From the human T2T-CHM13v2.0 reference genome, Homo sapiens, in the NCBI RefSeq assembly GCF_009914755.1, contig NC_060928.1: DNA of 64,000 bases, one strand, 5' to 3'. The position numbers were made by a program, and so were the translations under genes. This document shows positions 1-19,023 of the stretch, piece by piece. The notes beneath the pieces are model-generated. The model did not search any database and had not been told where the DNA came from. It worked only from the letters and a program-made list of their open reading frames with translations. Numbering within the stretch: position 1 is the stretch's first letter; the number at the start of each line of letters is the position of its first letter.

Positions 1-249
1 CAACTTTTTGGATATTTATTTTTTATTTTTGGTATGTGTGACAATTTTGTTGAGAACGTGTAAACCAATAAAAATATGCGGTCTGAACATACAAGATAAA
101 TCTCTTAAGAGAGATGGAGATACTATGTTTGTTGGTTCAGAAAATGAGTTCATGTTTACTCTGATTACTGATATCTTAAACTACTGTCTCAAAGTCTTAT
201 TTCCCCATAAGACTCTCTGAGGTGGTAATATTGGGTGGGGCTGATCTTC

Positions 250-611
250 TGTGTGTTAGCTTGGGCTTCTGTAACAGAAGTACCATAGGCTGTGTGGCTT
301 AAACGACAGACATCTGTTTCTTACAGTTCTGGAGACTGGGAAGTCCAGGATCAAGATGCTGGCAGATCTAGTGTCTGGTGTAGGTCCTGTCCTCTTCCTG
401 ATTTGCAGAGGGTCATCCTTTCTTTATATCCTCATTTCCCAGAGAGAGGAAGCAAGCACTGTCTGTCTTAGAAGGACACTAATCTCATTCCTGAGGGCTC
501 TACCCTCTTGACGTAATTACCTCTCAAAGGCGCCTCATTTAAATACCATCACATTGGGGTTAAGGCTTCAACATACGAATTTTAGGGGGCACAAACATTC
601 AGTCGATAGCA
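250..611 (-). mobile_element. MaLR LTR (MLT1A/B-like)
   Basis: Typical ggcttaaac..cacagttctggag..gaagtcc..atcaag segment and aacattcagtcgatagca end. Confidence 0.75.
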
Positions 612-1147
612 CCGTTGGCAGATACAGATTGCTCACTAAAGAGAAATCATGATCATTCCAGAAAGTGTTAAAAAACACTTTTTTTGAACATTTGCATTGA
701 ACATCCCTTATACAGCTATTAGATGACCAATGAAGGCACTTAGAGATATAGTCATGAGCTTGGTATCCTCTTGAACTCGGCTCCAGTTGAAGTTTCTGAA
801 AACTTTGACCAGAGAATTTTCAGTTTTGTTAGGTTTATGGTAAAACAGTATTATATACCACTCTTCTGCAGACCCATTAAGGTGAATACTTGGTTTGTGT
901 CCACCTTTTTGCTATTGTGGATGATGCTACAGTGAACATATGTTAATCTCTCAGTGCTTTAATATGCTGGATATTGCTTCAAGCTGCTCTAGAATTTTCC
1001 CAGTTTTCGCTGTTTTGTTTTCCCCTGAAATGAATGCCTGTTGAGTTGGTTGAATTTCTGACTTCTTGATGTCAGAATGTGATGCCAGTTCTTCTAGGAT
1101 GATAGATATTTCACAGTTTATTCAATGGGTTTTGTACTCTCTTTCAG

Positions 1148-1230
1148 TTGTCAGGAGCTAGACTTGCTGCCCGAGAAGCTCATAACCGAAGATGTCAGCC
1201 TCCCCTGTCCCGAACGCAGTGTGTGGAAAG
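1148..1230 (+). CDS. ZCCHC4: ZCCHC4 coding exon (probably exon 3): [27 protein letters not shown](R)
   Basis: Acceptor ctttcag| at 1147, donor |gtactg at 1231; 83 nt. The translation matches the ZCCHC4 protein as I recall it and joins in frame to the exon at 19024. Confidence 0.93.
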
Positions 1231-1329
1231 GTACTGATGCAGTGTCATTTTTCTTTATTAGTTTAGCTGTCATTTTTTTTGTTATTGCCTTTTTCTGTGC
1301 CTTTAAGTTTACTTTCATTTATTTATTTT

Positions 1330-2750
1330 TATTGTAGTTACATATATAATATAAAATTTGCCATTTTAATCATTTTCAAGTGTGCAATTCAGTGACATTA
1401 AGTACATTCATGTTGTTGTGTAACCATTGCCCCTATTCGCAAAACTTTTTCATCACTCCAAACAGAAACTGCCACCATTATGCTATAACTCCTCATTCTA
1501 CCTCCTCCCAAACCCTAGTAACCTCTGATTTATTTTTGTGTGTTTTTTTTTTTTTTTGAGACAGGGTCTCACTCTGTGTTGCCCAGGCTGAAGTGCAGTG
1601 GTGCTGTCACGACTCACTATAGCCTCAACCTCCTGGGCTCAACCAGTCCTCCACCTCAGCCTCATGAGTAGCTGGGACTTCAGGCACACGCCACCACACC
1701 CAGCTAATTTATTATTATTTTTTATAGAGATAAGGTCTTGCTATGTTGCCCAGAACTCCTGGTCTAGAACTACTGGGCTCAAGGGATCCGCCCACCTCAG
1801 CCTCCCAAACTGTGAAGGTTACAGGCATGAGCCATTGTGCCCGACTATTTTTGTTGCTATGAATTTGACAGTTCTGTGTACCTCATACAAGTGAGACTAT
1901 ACAATATTTGTCCTTTTGGGTCTGGCTTATTTTACTTAGCATAATGTCTTCAAGGTTCATGCATGTGGTAGCATGTATCAGAACTGTATTCCTTTTTACA
2001 ACTGAATAATATCCGTTGTCTGTCTATACCACAGTTTAAAAATCTGTTCATCTGTTGATGGACACTTGGGCTGTGTCTACTTTTTTGCTGTTGTGAATGA
2101 TGCTACAGTGAACATTGATATACAAATATTAGTTTGAGACCCTGTCTTCAATTCTTTTGGGTATATACCTAGATGTGGAATTGTCAGTAATTCTGTGTTT
2201 AATTTTTTGAGGAACCGCCAAACTGTTTTCCATAGTGGCTGCACCATTTTACATTCCCACTAGGAGTGTATATGCATTCCAATTTCTCCGCATCCTTGCC
2301 AACACTTATTATTTCTTGTTTTTCTGATTACAACCATCCTAGTAATTGTGAAGTGGTATGTCATTGCAGCTTTGATTTTTGTTTTTTATCAAATTACTAA
2401 TGATGTGAATCATCATTTCATGTGCTTACTGGCTATTTATATATGATCTTTGGAAAAATGTCTGTTTGAGTCCTTTATCTATTTTTAATTGGGTTATCTT
2501 TTTGTTGTTGAGTCACAGGAGTTCTTTATATGTTCTGGATATTACAACTTTGCCAAACATATGATTTGCAAATATTTTCTCCTATTCTGTAGGTTGTCTT
2601 TTGACTTTCTTGATGTCCTTTGAAGCACAAGAGTTTTAATTTTGATGAAGTTCAATTTATCAATTTTTTTTGTTGTTGCTTCTGCTTTTGGTGTATAGAT
2701 CAGAACCCATTATCAAATCCATTGTTATGAAGATTTGCTGTGATGTTTCT
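1330..2750 (-). mobile_element. Old L1M (L1MB-like) 3' fragment interrupted by an Alu
   Basis: Typical antisense L1 text, e.g. catagtggctgcaccattttacattcccac and ttgatgaagttcaattta. Confidence 0.75.
1546..1843 (-). mobile_element. Alu (J-like)
   Basis: Poly-T followed by a diverged Alu body. Confidence 0.85.
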
Positions 2751-3261
2751 TTTTTGAAATACTAAACCAAACTTTAAAAATCTCTAAACATCTATTTTTA
2801 AAAATCTGCATTGTTGAAATGTTTTATTGGGTGGATTAGAGTTGAGTCATAGATGTAATTTTTTGACAAACTTGTGAAAAGAATTTATCTCTTACCTGTG
2901 TCACTGACATTGTACAGTATGTGCTGGGAGAAGCTCCTTAAAAAGCCTCTTGTCTAGGTTACTGATGACAAATAGGTTTTTACTTTTATGGAAGCTCCTT
3001 CATTTTACCTGGGCTGCTGTGTTCAGAAAGATTGTGAGGCCTCATTTAGACTAAGCACAGAGGAGTACTGGGGTGTATTTATAATATTTTTCCTGAGCTG
3101 TTTAGTAGTAGATTTTAAAGTCATTTGATACAGGAGGCATTTCTCAGGATAATTTGATTGTCCCTTAACTACAGTGGTTAGTCAGAGATGTCTATGTATT
3201 CACTGTGTGGGAATTCAGTCATCACCCAAAACATCTTGAAAAGGGAATTAAAGAAAATTGA

Positions 3262-3563
3262 GGCCAGGCATGGTGGCTCATACCTATAATTCCAGCACTT
3301 TGGGAGGCCGAGGTGGGTGGATCACTTGAGGTCAGGAGTTCGAGACCAGCCTGGCCAACATGGTGAAATCCCATCTCCACTAAAATTACAAAAATTAGCC
3401 AGGCGTAGTGGCAGCGCCTATAATCCCAGTTACTTGGGAGGCTGACACAGGAGAATCGCTTGAACCTGGGAGGCAGAGGTGAGCCAAGATCGTGCGACTA
3501 CACTCCAGCCCAGGTGACAGAGTGAGACGCTGTCACAAAAAAAAAAAAAAAAAAAAAAAAAAA
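3262..3563 (+). mobile_element. Alu (S-like)
   Basis: Full dimer with A-tail; aagaaaat flanks both ends. Confidence 0.9.
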
Positions 3564-4157
3564 AGAAAATGGAGCACTACTGTGAGGTAGGCACTGTGCT
3601 AGGTGTTTTACATGAGATATTATTTAGTCCTGCAGAGGTGGTTTACTTCAATGAGAAAACTGAAGCTTATAGGAGTTATACTTTATCATGTTCACATTAT
3701 GAGAAGTACTAAGCTGTGACTCATCTTATGCCTGATTCTAAAAGATTGTTTTTAAATGTAAAAGCAGATAGTAATATATGATGCATAGTGATTTAATTTG
3801 AGGATACATAAGGAGAGAAAAGGTAAGGACTTATGTAGAGATTTATCATAGTGATTATTGAGAGAAAATAGAGTATTGAAGACGGAGAAAGTAGAACCAC
3901 ACGGCCCGTGGTTTCTTCCTTTGAACTCATCACCTTGGTCATTTTGTATTATTTCCTTCTGGCTTTTTTTCCAATGCCAGGTTTGTTTGTAGCCATAATG
4001 TATACATAGTTTTGTATTCTGTCCTTAACACTTTTATCTGATAAGCATGTTTCTGTTAGAAGGATATTGGTGATTTAATTAAACTCTGTAAGAAAATCTA
4101 GGTGATCTTATTTTTATGCATAGTAAAATTTTAGTTTGGAGCTAAACCACTGTTCTT

Positions 4158-4483
4158 TTTTTTTTTTTCACTCTCTCTCTTTTTTTTTTTTTTTTTTTTT
4201 TTGATCTACAGTTTCACTCTTGTCGCCCAGGCTAGAGGGCAGTGGCGCGATCTCATCTCACTGCCACCTCCACGTCCTGGTTTCAAGTGATTCTCCTATC
4301 AAGCCTCTCAGTAGCTGGGATTACAGGCACCTGCCACCATGCCCAGCTAATTTTTGTGTTTTTAGTAGAGACGGGGTTTCACCATGTTGGCCAGGCTGGT
4401 GTCAAACTCCTGACCTCCGGTGGTCTGCCCATCTTGACCTCCCAAAGTGCTGGGATTACAGGCGTGAGCCACCATGCCAGGCC
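4158..4483 (-). mobile_element. Alu (S-like)
   Basis: TSD taaaccactgttctt (4143, 4484). Confidence 0.9.
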
Positions 4484-4931
4484 TAAACCACTGTTCTTAT
4501 CTTTGTAGTGCCAGAGTATATTTTTTTGATAAAAATTTTTTTGAAATTCATATTTTATATTAATTAGAACACAAAAGCTGGGTAAAATATGAATTATTAA
4601 AGAATTTCCAAAAGGTTATTTTTTTGGGGGGGGCCATAATTTCATCTTTTATCTAGTGCTAATTCTTGCCAGCATGTCTCAATAAAATGCTTTTCAATAT
4701 CTTAAACCATCTGTGACCCATTACCTTGGATTGTGTGGCCAGAAGTCTCCATCCAACCATCTGTCCACCTAGTCATTCATTCACTCATTCATTCATTCAG
4801 TAGGTATTTATTGAAGGCTCAAAAAGCATTTAAAATGCTAGTAATGGGGTTGAGATATAGAAATAAAGATAATTTAGTATAAAGTAAGGTGTGTTAAGTA
4901 TCTACAGTATTCATAGAAAAGGCTAAGTGCT

Positions 4932-5285
<354 letters not shown>

Positions 5286-6979
5286 TTAGGTGATCAATAC
5301 AGGGTAAGGAGAGGACATCTGAACAGGTTTTGGAAGATGGGTAGAAATTTAATATCATTGATTTCACTGTATCACTTTGTAATCAATGTTCCTATGCTTT
5401 ATTATATGCTTTCTCTGGAGCAAACGGTTTGAAATCAGTCATTCTGAAAATATTCAGTGTCTTAAGATAAAGAGTCCTATTATAATTTTGGCTTTTTAAA
5501 ATCAAAGGCATAATAAATAACCTATTCTCTTTGTCTGTCTTCAGCTTGAGACTAGCAGTTCATTCTCATGTGTAAGTAGACCTAAGGATGATGTACTATT
5601 GCTTGAGAGTGTAATTATTTTCTAATGTGGATAATTTAATTTTGTATAACGCATTTATAAGTTAGCTTATTAAACAACTATTATATTTGAAAATATTAAA
5701 CTGCATTTAAACTTTATACTGATTCTTAAAATTATACATATTCTATAAAGCAAATTTTTCATGTTTTTGTGCAGTTACAATAGCTTTTCATTGACTAATT
5801 TATTTTTAAAATCATTTGTAAGGACTTATGGTAGCTAGCAAGATAAATTGACCTGTTAGCTGATTTTTATTATAGGATTGGTAGCGCTGCACAGATTTCT
5901 AGGTTTACAGAGTAGGATTTGATTTTCATTTTTCTAATCTCACTCTTTGAAGCATGCTTTATGTTTCATATGTGTTCAGTTGACATATTTACATTTTGTG
6001 CCTGAGATTTGCTTTTTTTTTTATAGTTTTTAGCTGCCTGTTACGCTCTGAAATGTGTTATTATGTTTATTATATAGTATGTTTGCACCCTTATTGTGAC
6101 CTATGAAGACTTAGGGAAGATATTTAAATGCTAAAATCAGCATTAATTTATGTGCATCCAAATAGTTTTGTTTCGTTGATATTTCATTTGGTTATTTTTT
6201 TTCAGATCTCATTTAAACTGAGATTTTCAAGGTCTGCTCTTAGAGAAATGCCATAAACATAATTTGTGTACTCCAGGAAAGGCAAATGGAACATCAAATG
6301 GAGATCAATAAAAATGACATTTCAAAATGCTAGCCTGCAATTTGTGAATCATGCTGAGCCATGCAGCAGAATGAATTTCTCTCCCCCTGGGGAATGTGTT
6401 GTAAATACGAATAAGGGGGGAAAGCTGAGTAATCTTGAGTGCTTCATATTCTCATGTTCTCTCTACCAACCTTTTAGAAGGCCATGTGTCTGAATGTTAA
6501 ATTTAAGGCATAATAGTTGCTGATTATGTTGTGATTTTGAATAGAGAGAAATATGCACAAGATCTCAGTTTATCTTTTATCAAGAAAAGGTTAATAAACT
6601 AGCAGTGAAGCTTTCTGAAGGGCAGTTTGGAAATATTTAAAGGAAAGAGTTAATTGACAAGGCACAAAGATGTATCATGTAAGTGGAGGTTCATTTTGCA
6701 GTGTTCTTTTCCTTCTTTTAAAAATGATTAAACTCAGCTCCTTATGGTGAGTGAATCATCACCACATCAGCCCCTCATTGCTTTGAACTTTCTTTCTTCC
6801 CTTCCTAGTGATTTTGCAACTTCTGCCTTCAGCTAGTGTTACTCAGTGGGTGATAGGTAGTCCTTTTGACCATATTTCAGTAACAAAACCCGATACAACT
6901 TCCTCTACTTGTGGGATTTTCCTTTCTTAGGTCCTCTAAAGGCCTTAATTATTGTTGTTATTCTTTCAACCAGGTATAT

Positions 6980-7094
6980 TTTTTCTTTCTTTTCTCTGTC
7001 TGTCTCTTTCTTTCTTTCTCTCTCTTTCACTCTTGCTGCCGCTCTTTCTTCCTTTCCTTTTCTTTCTTTCTCTTCTTTCCTTTCTTTTCTTTCT

Positions 7095-7100
<6 letters not shown>
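6980..7100. repeat. CT-rich low-complexity tract (TTTC-type)
   Basis: Nearly pure pyrimidine run at an Alu tail. Confidence 0.85.
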
Positions 7101-7644
<544 letters not shown>

Positions 7645-8333
7645 AAGGGATATTTACTTCTCTGATATCAAATGCATGTCCTGTTGCTCTGTTCTGGTGG
7701 CTGACTGAAAGTACATGATATGTTTCAGTAATGAATCATAGGGTGATGGCAATTAACTCTCCACCTGTAGTTCCAGCCATGCACAACACTTGCCTGAAGA
7801 CATGACAGCTTCAAGAGCAAGGACCAAGTTTTCACGAGGTCTGAACTACATCTTGGCCTCTGTTTGGCTGACGGCAATTATAAATCATATCTCCATATTG
7901 CAGATGCTAAAATGTGAAAAAATATACACCTTAGAAATGATGAAATAGAGTGGTTGGATTTTGCTTTGTGATGCAGGCTGACAGGCTCTCTTTTTATTTA
8001 TTTGTTTGTTTGTTTTTGAGGTAGGGTCTTGCTCTCTCACCCAGGTTGGAATTCAGTGGCATGATCATGGCTCACTGTACAAAGATGTACAACTATTACA
8101 ATCTATTTCCAGAACATTTTCATCACCTCAAAAGGAAACCTCGTGCCTGTCAGCAGTTACTCCCATTTCCCCACTCCCCACCCCAGCTTCTAGCAACCAC
8201 TATTCTACTTTCTGTCTCTATGGATTTGCCTATTCTAGATGTTTCATATAAACAGAATCATACAATAGCCACATATCATTTTTGATTTAACCTTTTTTTA
8301 ATTAATAAAAGACTTCTGTTTAAAAACCACTGA

Positions 8334-8669
<336 letters not shown>

Positions 8670-9372
8670 TGAATTTTATGGTACCTGAATTGTATCTCAG
8701 TTTAAAAAATCTATATATGGTAGTAGAATCAAGTTGTTCTATGACAGTGCATTTGCAAAGAATAATCAACACTCCTGTTTCCACCTCTGCATTTCTCCTT
8801 CCCCAGTAGCAACTCTAGTCACCTCTTAAGGCTAATTCTTTGCATCACATCAAAAGGCAGATAATGTTTGGTTGTTCCTTTTTGTGATATTAAGATTAAT
8901 CACGTGTTCAGGTATTAGCCGGCAATAAACCATCCATTACAAAGCTCCCTATCAGCCCTTTGTCTAATGATTTTAGCTGTAACTGATGATCATTGCCCAG
9001 AGGTTGTAAAAGGTTTTAGAATCTTGTCATTGTTTATGCATTCATTAGCTGTAATTCTTCTGTAAAAAAGAACTTTGTTTCACCAACTGTTAGCTTACTT
9101 TGTTACAGTTCATGTGGGAAAGAAAAGATAAATGTTTCATCCTTCCCCTCCTGTCCTTTTTAACTAGTTTTTAGAAAAATGATTTGGTACTGCAGCAACT
9201 TCCAAAGTTGATTAATCAGGATCATTGTTCTGTTGTGTTTTTTTTTTCATATCACTATGAAAATATGTATTTTTAAAATTTGGTGTTTTGTAGTTCTTTG
9301 AGATTATTACTCTTTATGATATAGCACTTTTGGAATTTGATTTAATTTTCACAATATGATGGGGGTTGTATG

Positions 9373-9513
9373 TAGGGTGACTGTAGAATTTAAGTCCAGA
9401 CCCAGATACTTCTTGAGACTGTAGGGGGAAGGAGGCAATAACCAGACAGAACTCCAGGATGGAAGATGTCAACTGGGACTGTCCTGGGCAACCAGGGATG
9501 TGTGGTCACCTTA
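9373..9513. mobile_element. MER94/MER81-like hAT (BlackJack) element
   Basis: tagggtgac...gtcacctta inverted termini. Confidence 0.6.
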
Positions 9514-9782
9514 GTGATATGGGGATCATTAGTGGAAAATTCACTTTTCCCCCATCATTTTTACCTTTACTGAGGTATGATACTTTACATATCATAAATT
9601 GCACATATTTAAAATGTACCATTTGATGAATTTTGACATATACATCTGCCCGTGAAATCATCACCACAGTCAAGATAATGAACATACTATTACCTCCAGA
9701 AGTTTCTGCCTGCCCCAATATTCTATATCCCTGCACCCCTAGGGTCCCCAGACATCCACTGATCTGCTTTCTGTCACTATAG

Positions 9783-10157
<375 letters not shown>

Positions 10158-10805
10158 CAGTATGTACTGTTTTTTAAGGGCAGGTGCATTCATTTATTTA
10201 GCATAAATATTTTTGATATTTATCCATGTTGATGTGTTTGTCAACAGTTCATTCCTTTATTCACGAATAATGTTCCACTGTATGGATATTTCCATTCATC
10301 TGTTTGTAGTCATATAAGTTTCCTCCAGTTACTGTGTTGTAGAAAAAAGCTGCTATGAACATTTATGTATATGTCCTTGTATGGACTCATGGTTTTATTT
10401 CTCTTGGGTAAATACTAGGAATAGAGTAGCTGGATCATATGGTGGATATACGTTTAATTTTTCCAAAACTGCCAAACTTTTCCAAAGTGGCTGCACCGTT
10501 TTACATTCCTATCAGCAACGTACGAGGAATCAGATTTTTTTCCTGTCTCCTACAACACTTGTTATTATCTGTCCTTTTAATTATAGCCATTGTGAAGTGA
10601 CATTGTATTGTGATTTTAATTTGTGTTTATGACATGGAACATCTTTTTATGTGCTTATTGACTGTTTTTGTATTATCTTTGGAGAAATGTCTATTCAGTT
10701 CCTTTGCTATTTTTGAATTGGGCTAATTGTCTTTTTATTGTTGAGTTATTCCTTATACATTGTGGATACAATTCCTTTACCTGGCATATAATTTGAAATA
10801 TTTTC

Positions 10806-11103
10806 GGCCGGGCGCGGTGGCTCACGCCTGTAATCCCAGCACTTTGGGAGGCCAATGCGGGTGGATCACGAGGTCAGGAGATCGAGACCATCCTGGCTAA
10901 CACAGTGAAACCCCGTCTCTACTAAAAATACAAAAAATTAGCCGGGCGAGGTAGCGGGCACCTGTAGTCCCAGCTACTCGGGAGGCTGAGGCAGGAGAAT
11001 GGCGTGAACCCCGTGGGGCGGAGCCTGCAGTGAGCCGAGATCTCGCCACTGCACTCCAGCCTGGGCAACAGGGAGACTCTGTCTCAAAAAAAAAAAAAAA
11101 AAA
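10806..11103 (+). mobile_element. Young AluY (Ye-like diagnostics)
   Basis: gggcgaggt and gaaccccgtggggcggagcctgcag variants; TSD gaaatattttc (10795, 11104). Confidence 0.85.
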
Positions 11104-11145
11104 GAAATATTTTCTGCCATTCTTGGGTCGTCTTTTCACTCTCTC

Positions 11146-11399
11146 TTTTTTTTTTTTTTTGGCAGTGGTGCCATCTCGGCTCACTGCAACCTCTGCCTCC
11201 TGAGTTCAAGTGATTCTCGTGCCTCAGCCTCCTGAGTGGCTGGGATTACAGGCGTGTGCCACCACACCCGGCTAATTTTTTTTTAGTAGAGATGGTGTTT
11301 CACCATGTTGGCCAGGCTGATCTCGAACTCCTGACTTCAAGGGCTCTGCCTGCCTCAGCCTCCCAAAGTACTGGGATTATAGGCGTGAGCCACTGTGCT
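11146..11399 (-). mobile_element. Alu (S-like, partly deleted)
   Basis: TSD gtcttttcact. Confidence 0.85.
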
Positions 11400-11834
11400 G
11401 TCTTTTCACTTTCTTAATGGTATCCTTTGCTGTGCAAAAGTTTAAAATTTTTTATTAAGTTCAATTTATTTTTTGTCACTTAAGAGTATCTTTTGAAGAA
11501 AAAAATTTTAAGTCATGACGAAGTTCATTTTATTGATTCTTACACTTTGTGCTTAGTCTTATTTAAGAAATCTTTGCCAAACCCAGTCATTATTATTTTC
11601 TAATATGTTTTCTTTAAAGTTTTCTAGTTTTAGTTCCTAGAGTTAGGTCTATGATCTATTCGGGGTTAGTTTTTTTATATGAAGTGAGGTAAGAGTCAAG
11701 GTTCATTGCTTTGCATATGGCTTTCAGACTTTTCCAGCACCTTATCTGCTGTGGGATTAGAGAGAAAAAAAAATACTTTTCCAGCACCATTTGTTGATAA
11801 TATTATCCTTTCCTTGTTGAATTGATTTGGCACC

Positions 11835-12321
11835 TGCATTAGTTTTCCTGTTGCTGCTGGAGCAACTTACCACAAGCTTAGTGATTTACAACGACATAGA
11901 TTTATTCTTCCAGTAATGGAGGCCCAACATCCAAAATCAACTAAAGCAGGTTAAAGTTAAGCTGTTGGTGGGGCTAGTTCCTTCTGAAGACTCTGAGAAG
12001 AGAATTTGTTTCTTGCTTTTTCCAGCGTCTGGGACCACCTACATCTTTGGCTGTGGCCCGTGCTCCGTTTTTATAGCACATCACTCCAGTCTCTGCTTCT
12101 GTCACCACATAATCTTCTCCCTCACTCCACTGCCTCTGGCTTATAAGAACCCTTGTAATTATGTTGAGTCTACCCAGATGACCCAGGATAACCTCCGCAT
12201 CTTAAGATCCGTCACTTCATGACATCTGTAAATTCTCTTTGGTCCTATATGTGTATTCACAGGTTCCATATTCTCTTTGGTAGGATGTGGGGAGTGAGGG
12301 GGCATCATTCAGCCTACTGCA
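11835..12321 (-). mobile_element. MaLR LTR (MLT1D/E-like) inserted in L1
   Basis: TG...CA ends with perfect 5-bp TSD GCACC (11830..11834, 12322..12326). Confidence 0.8.
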
Positions 12322-13217
12322 GCACCTTTCTCAAAAGTCAGTTAACTTTATATGTGTTTTTTTTTCTGGACTATTTTTTTCCCTTGACCTATAGGTATAT
12401 CTTTACATAAATACCACATTGTCTTGATTACTGTGACTTTATAATGTCTTCTTGAAATTGGGTAGTGTAAGTCTTCTTTGTCCATTATTTTCAAAGTTGT
12501 TTCCGCTATTATAGGTCCTTTTTATTTTCATATGAATTTTTTGAATGAGGTTTTCAGTTTCTACAAAAAATCCTGCTGGGATTTTGATTGAGAGTGTGTT
12601 GATTTTATAGATACATTTGGGGAGAATTGACATCTTAATAGTATTGAGTTTTCTAGTCTGTGACTGTGGTGTATCTCTTCAGTTACTAAGTCATCTTTAA
12701 TTTTTCTTGGTGATGTTTTGTAATTTTCAGTGCACTGCAGTTATACATCTTTTGTCAGATTTATCACGAAGTATTTCATGTATTTTAATGTGGTTTTAAA
12801 TTGTATTGTTTTAAAATTTCAGTTTCTAATTGTCTATTGCTAGACTCTAACAATACAGTTGATTTTATATATTGATCTTTTATTTTGAAATCTTGATAAG
12901 CTTACTTACTAGTTCTAGCAGGCTTTTTGAAGATTTCCTTAGGATTTTGTACATGTGTGATCATGTTGTCTGTGAATAAAGAAGTTTTAATGTTTCCTTT
13001 CCAATTTATGTCTTTTGTTTTTTTATCTTGTCTTATCAAACTGGCTAGAAACCCTTAGTCAATGTCGAGTAGAAGGCTGAGAGCAGACATCTTTGCTTTG
13101 TCCCAGTCTTGGGGAAATGCATTCAGTCTTTCAGCTGTATGGTGTTAGCAATAGGTTTTTCTTTGATGCCCTTTATCAGATTGTAGAAGTGCCCTTCTAT
13201 TCCTGGTTTTTTGAGAA

Positions 13218-13329
13218 TCTCCCTTCCTCCCTCCCTCCCTCCTTCCCTCCTTCCCTCCCTCCCTCCTTCCCTCCTTCCTTCCGTTCCTTCCTTACTTGCT
13301 TCGTCCCCCACCACCCTTCCTTCCTTTCT

Positions 13330-13345
<16 letters not shown>
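13218..13345. repeat. (CCCT/CCTT)n microsatellite
   Basis: Directly visible tetranucleotide array at an Alu tail. Confidence 0.9.
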
Positions 13346-16148
<2,803 letters not shown>

Positions 16149-16312
16149 TAATCATGAGTCATGTTGTTCTGTTTCTTTGCATACCTGGTAATATTTTATT
16201 GGATACTAGTAGTATGGGATTTACCTTGTTATATACTGGATATTTTTAATTCCTTTGTGTATTTTTGATTTTGTTCTGGGACAGTTACTTGTTGTAGTGT
16301 GATGTTCTTGAG

Positions 16313-16480
16313 CAGGATTTAGCAAACTACTACCTGTAGCCAACTCTGGCCATGCCTATTCACTTGGCTGTGTTTGCTTTTGTGGTATCACTACAGAATA
16401 GTTGTGACTGAGAGACTTTGTGGCCTGCCAAGCTCCAAATATTTATTATCTGATCCTTTACAGAAAGTTTGCTGACCCTG
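16313..16480. mobile_element. MER58-like hAT element
   Basis: caggatttagcaaact...agtttgctgaccctg termini. Confidence 0.7.
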
Positions 16481-17154
16481 CTTTTGAAGACTTGTCTTTA
16501 AGCTTTTTAGGCAGGACTGAGCAACCTTTCGTGGTTCTAGGGCTAATTTTTCCTCCCTACTGAGGCAGTGCTCTTCTGAGTACTTGAGTACTTGTGTATT
16601 GTGAGGCATTTCCACTCTGGCTTGTTGGGAGACAAACCATTCTGGACCTGTGTGTATTTTCCAGTGATAATTCCACCTGCTTCTGGCCAGTGGTTCTTTC
16701 CCTTGCCTTGGGGAGTTTCTGCATGTGCACATGCTGCTCAGTACTCAGCCGAAGACTCGAGGGGAATTGTCAGCTAGTCTGGAGCGTTTTTTCTCTCTCT
16801 CTCAGTGTACAGCTTTCTGCTCTCCTGTCCTCCCTGGTTATTCGCCAGTACTCTTTCTGTGAATTCTGGCCGCCTAGCCTCCTGGAGTGCTCAGCTCTGT
16901 CTCATCAATTCCTTGGGCTGTGTTTCGGTTCTCCATCCCTGTGCTGCCAGCTCTCCACAGGCAGGAAGCTGGGCAGCTGTACCACTCACCTCTGTTCCCT
17001 TCCCTCGGGGTTCACTGTTTTGGGCTGCTAGTTGTCCGATATCTTCAAACTGCTTTTTCATATATTTTGTCTTTTTAAAACTTCTTTTGAAGGCCCATGG
17101 TAAATCTGGTCTCTGTTACTCCATCATAGCTGTCTGCGGAAGCTGTCAACATTT

Positions 17155-18280
<1,126 letters not shown>

Positions 18281-19023
18281 TTACTGATATCATAGCTGGC
18301 ATCACATGTACAAAACCAGCAGTTTTTAAACATACTGACCATGATTATTTTCTCTCTCCAATAATCTCTAATAAAATTAAAAAAGAAAGAAAAAAGAAAT
18401 GGTGACTTTGAAATTGGATATAAGGGTGACTTGGAAGAAATCAAATGGGATATTCAGTGTAGTCTTTTTTAAGGCTTTGAATATTGTCTTGTTGTTTTGG
18501 AGGTGAGCTTATAACTCCATCAGTACTGCTAAGAACAGAGGAGCTTTGAGAAACATCTTTTCTTTTAGGAGGTAATTTTTCTTGCTAAGTATGTCATAAG
18601 AACTTGAAGAATGATCTTAATTTCTCATTTTAAAATGACTGTCAAGTGAGCCAGACTGTTTAACAGATAAAAGTTAGACATGTGGATTTGTCAATAAATT
18701 TAAACTTGATAGTAGTTGTCATTACTACTAAGTTGTTTGAGTAATATATTATGTTCACATTTTAAATGGATATTGATCTTCATTCAGTGACTAAATTGGA
18801 GTGTCTCAATTCTTATGAAATTGCTGATCCTTTTCCTCTTTGTAGGTATGCAGCCAGACATAAATTCTAGCCAACATTCCACAGATTTCTTCCTACTTTT
18901 CTTCTTTACGCAGTACTCTTTAGGAAGTAAAAATACTTTTTGGATGCTAAAAATAGCAAAACACATTGTGTTTACAACAATAAACTTAAAATATATTTCT
19001 TTGTGTTTTATTTTGTCTTGAAG

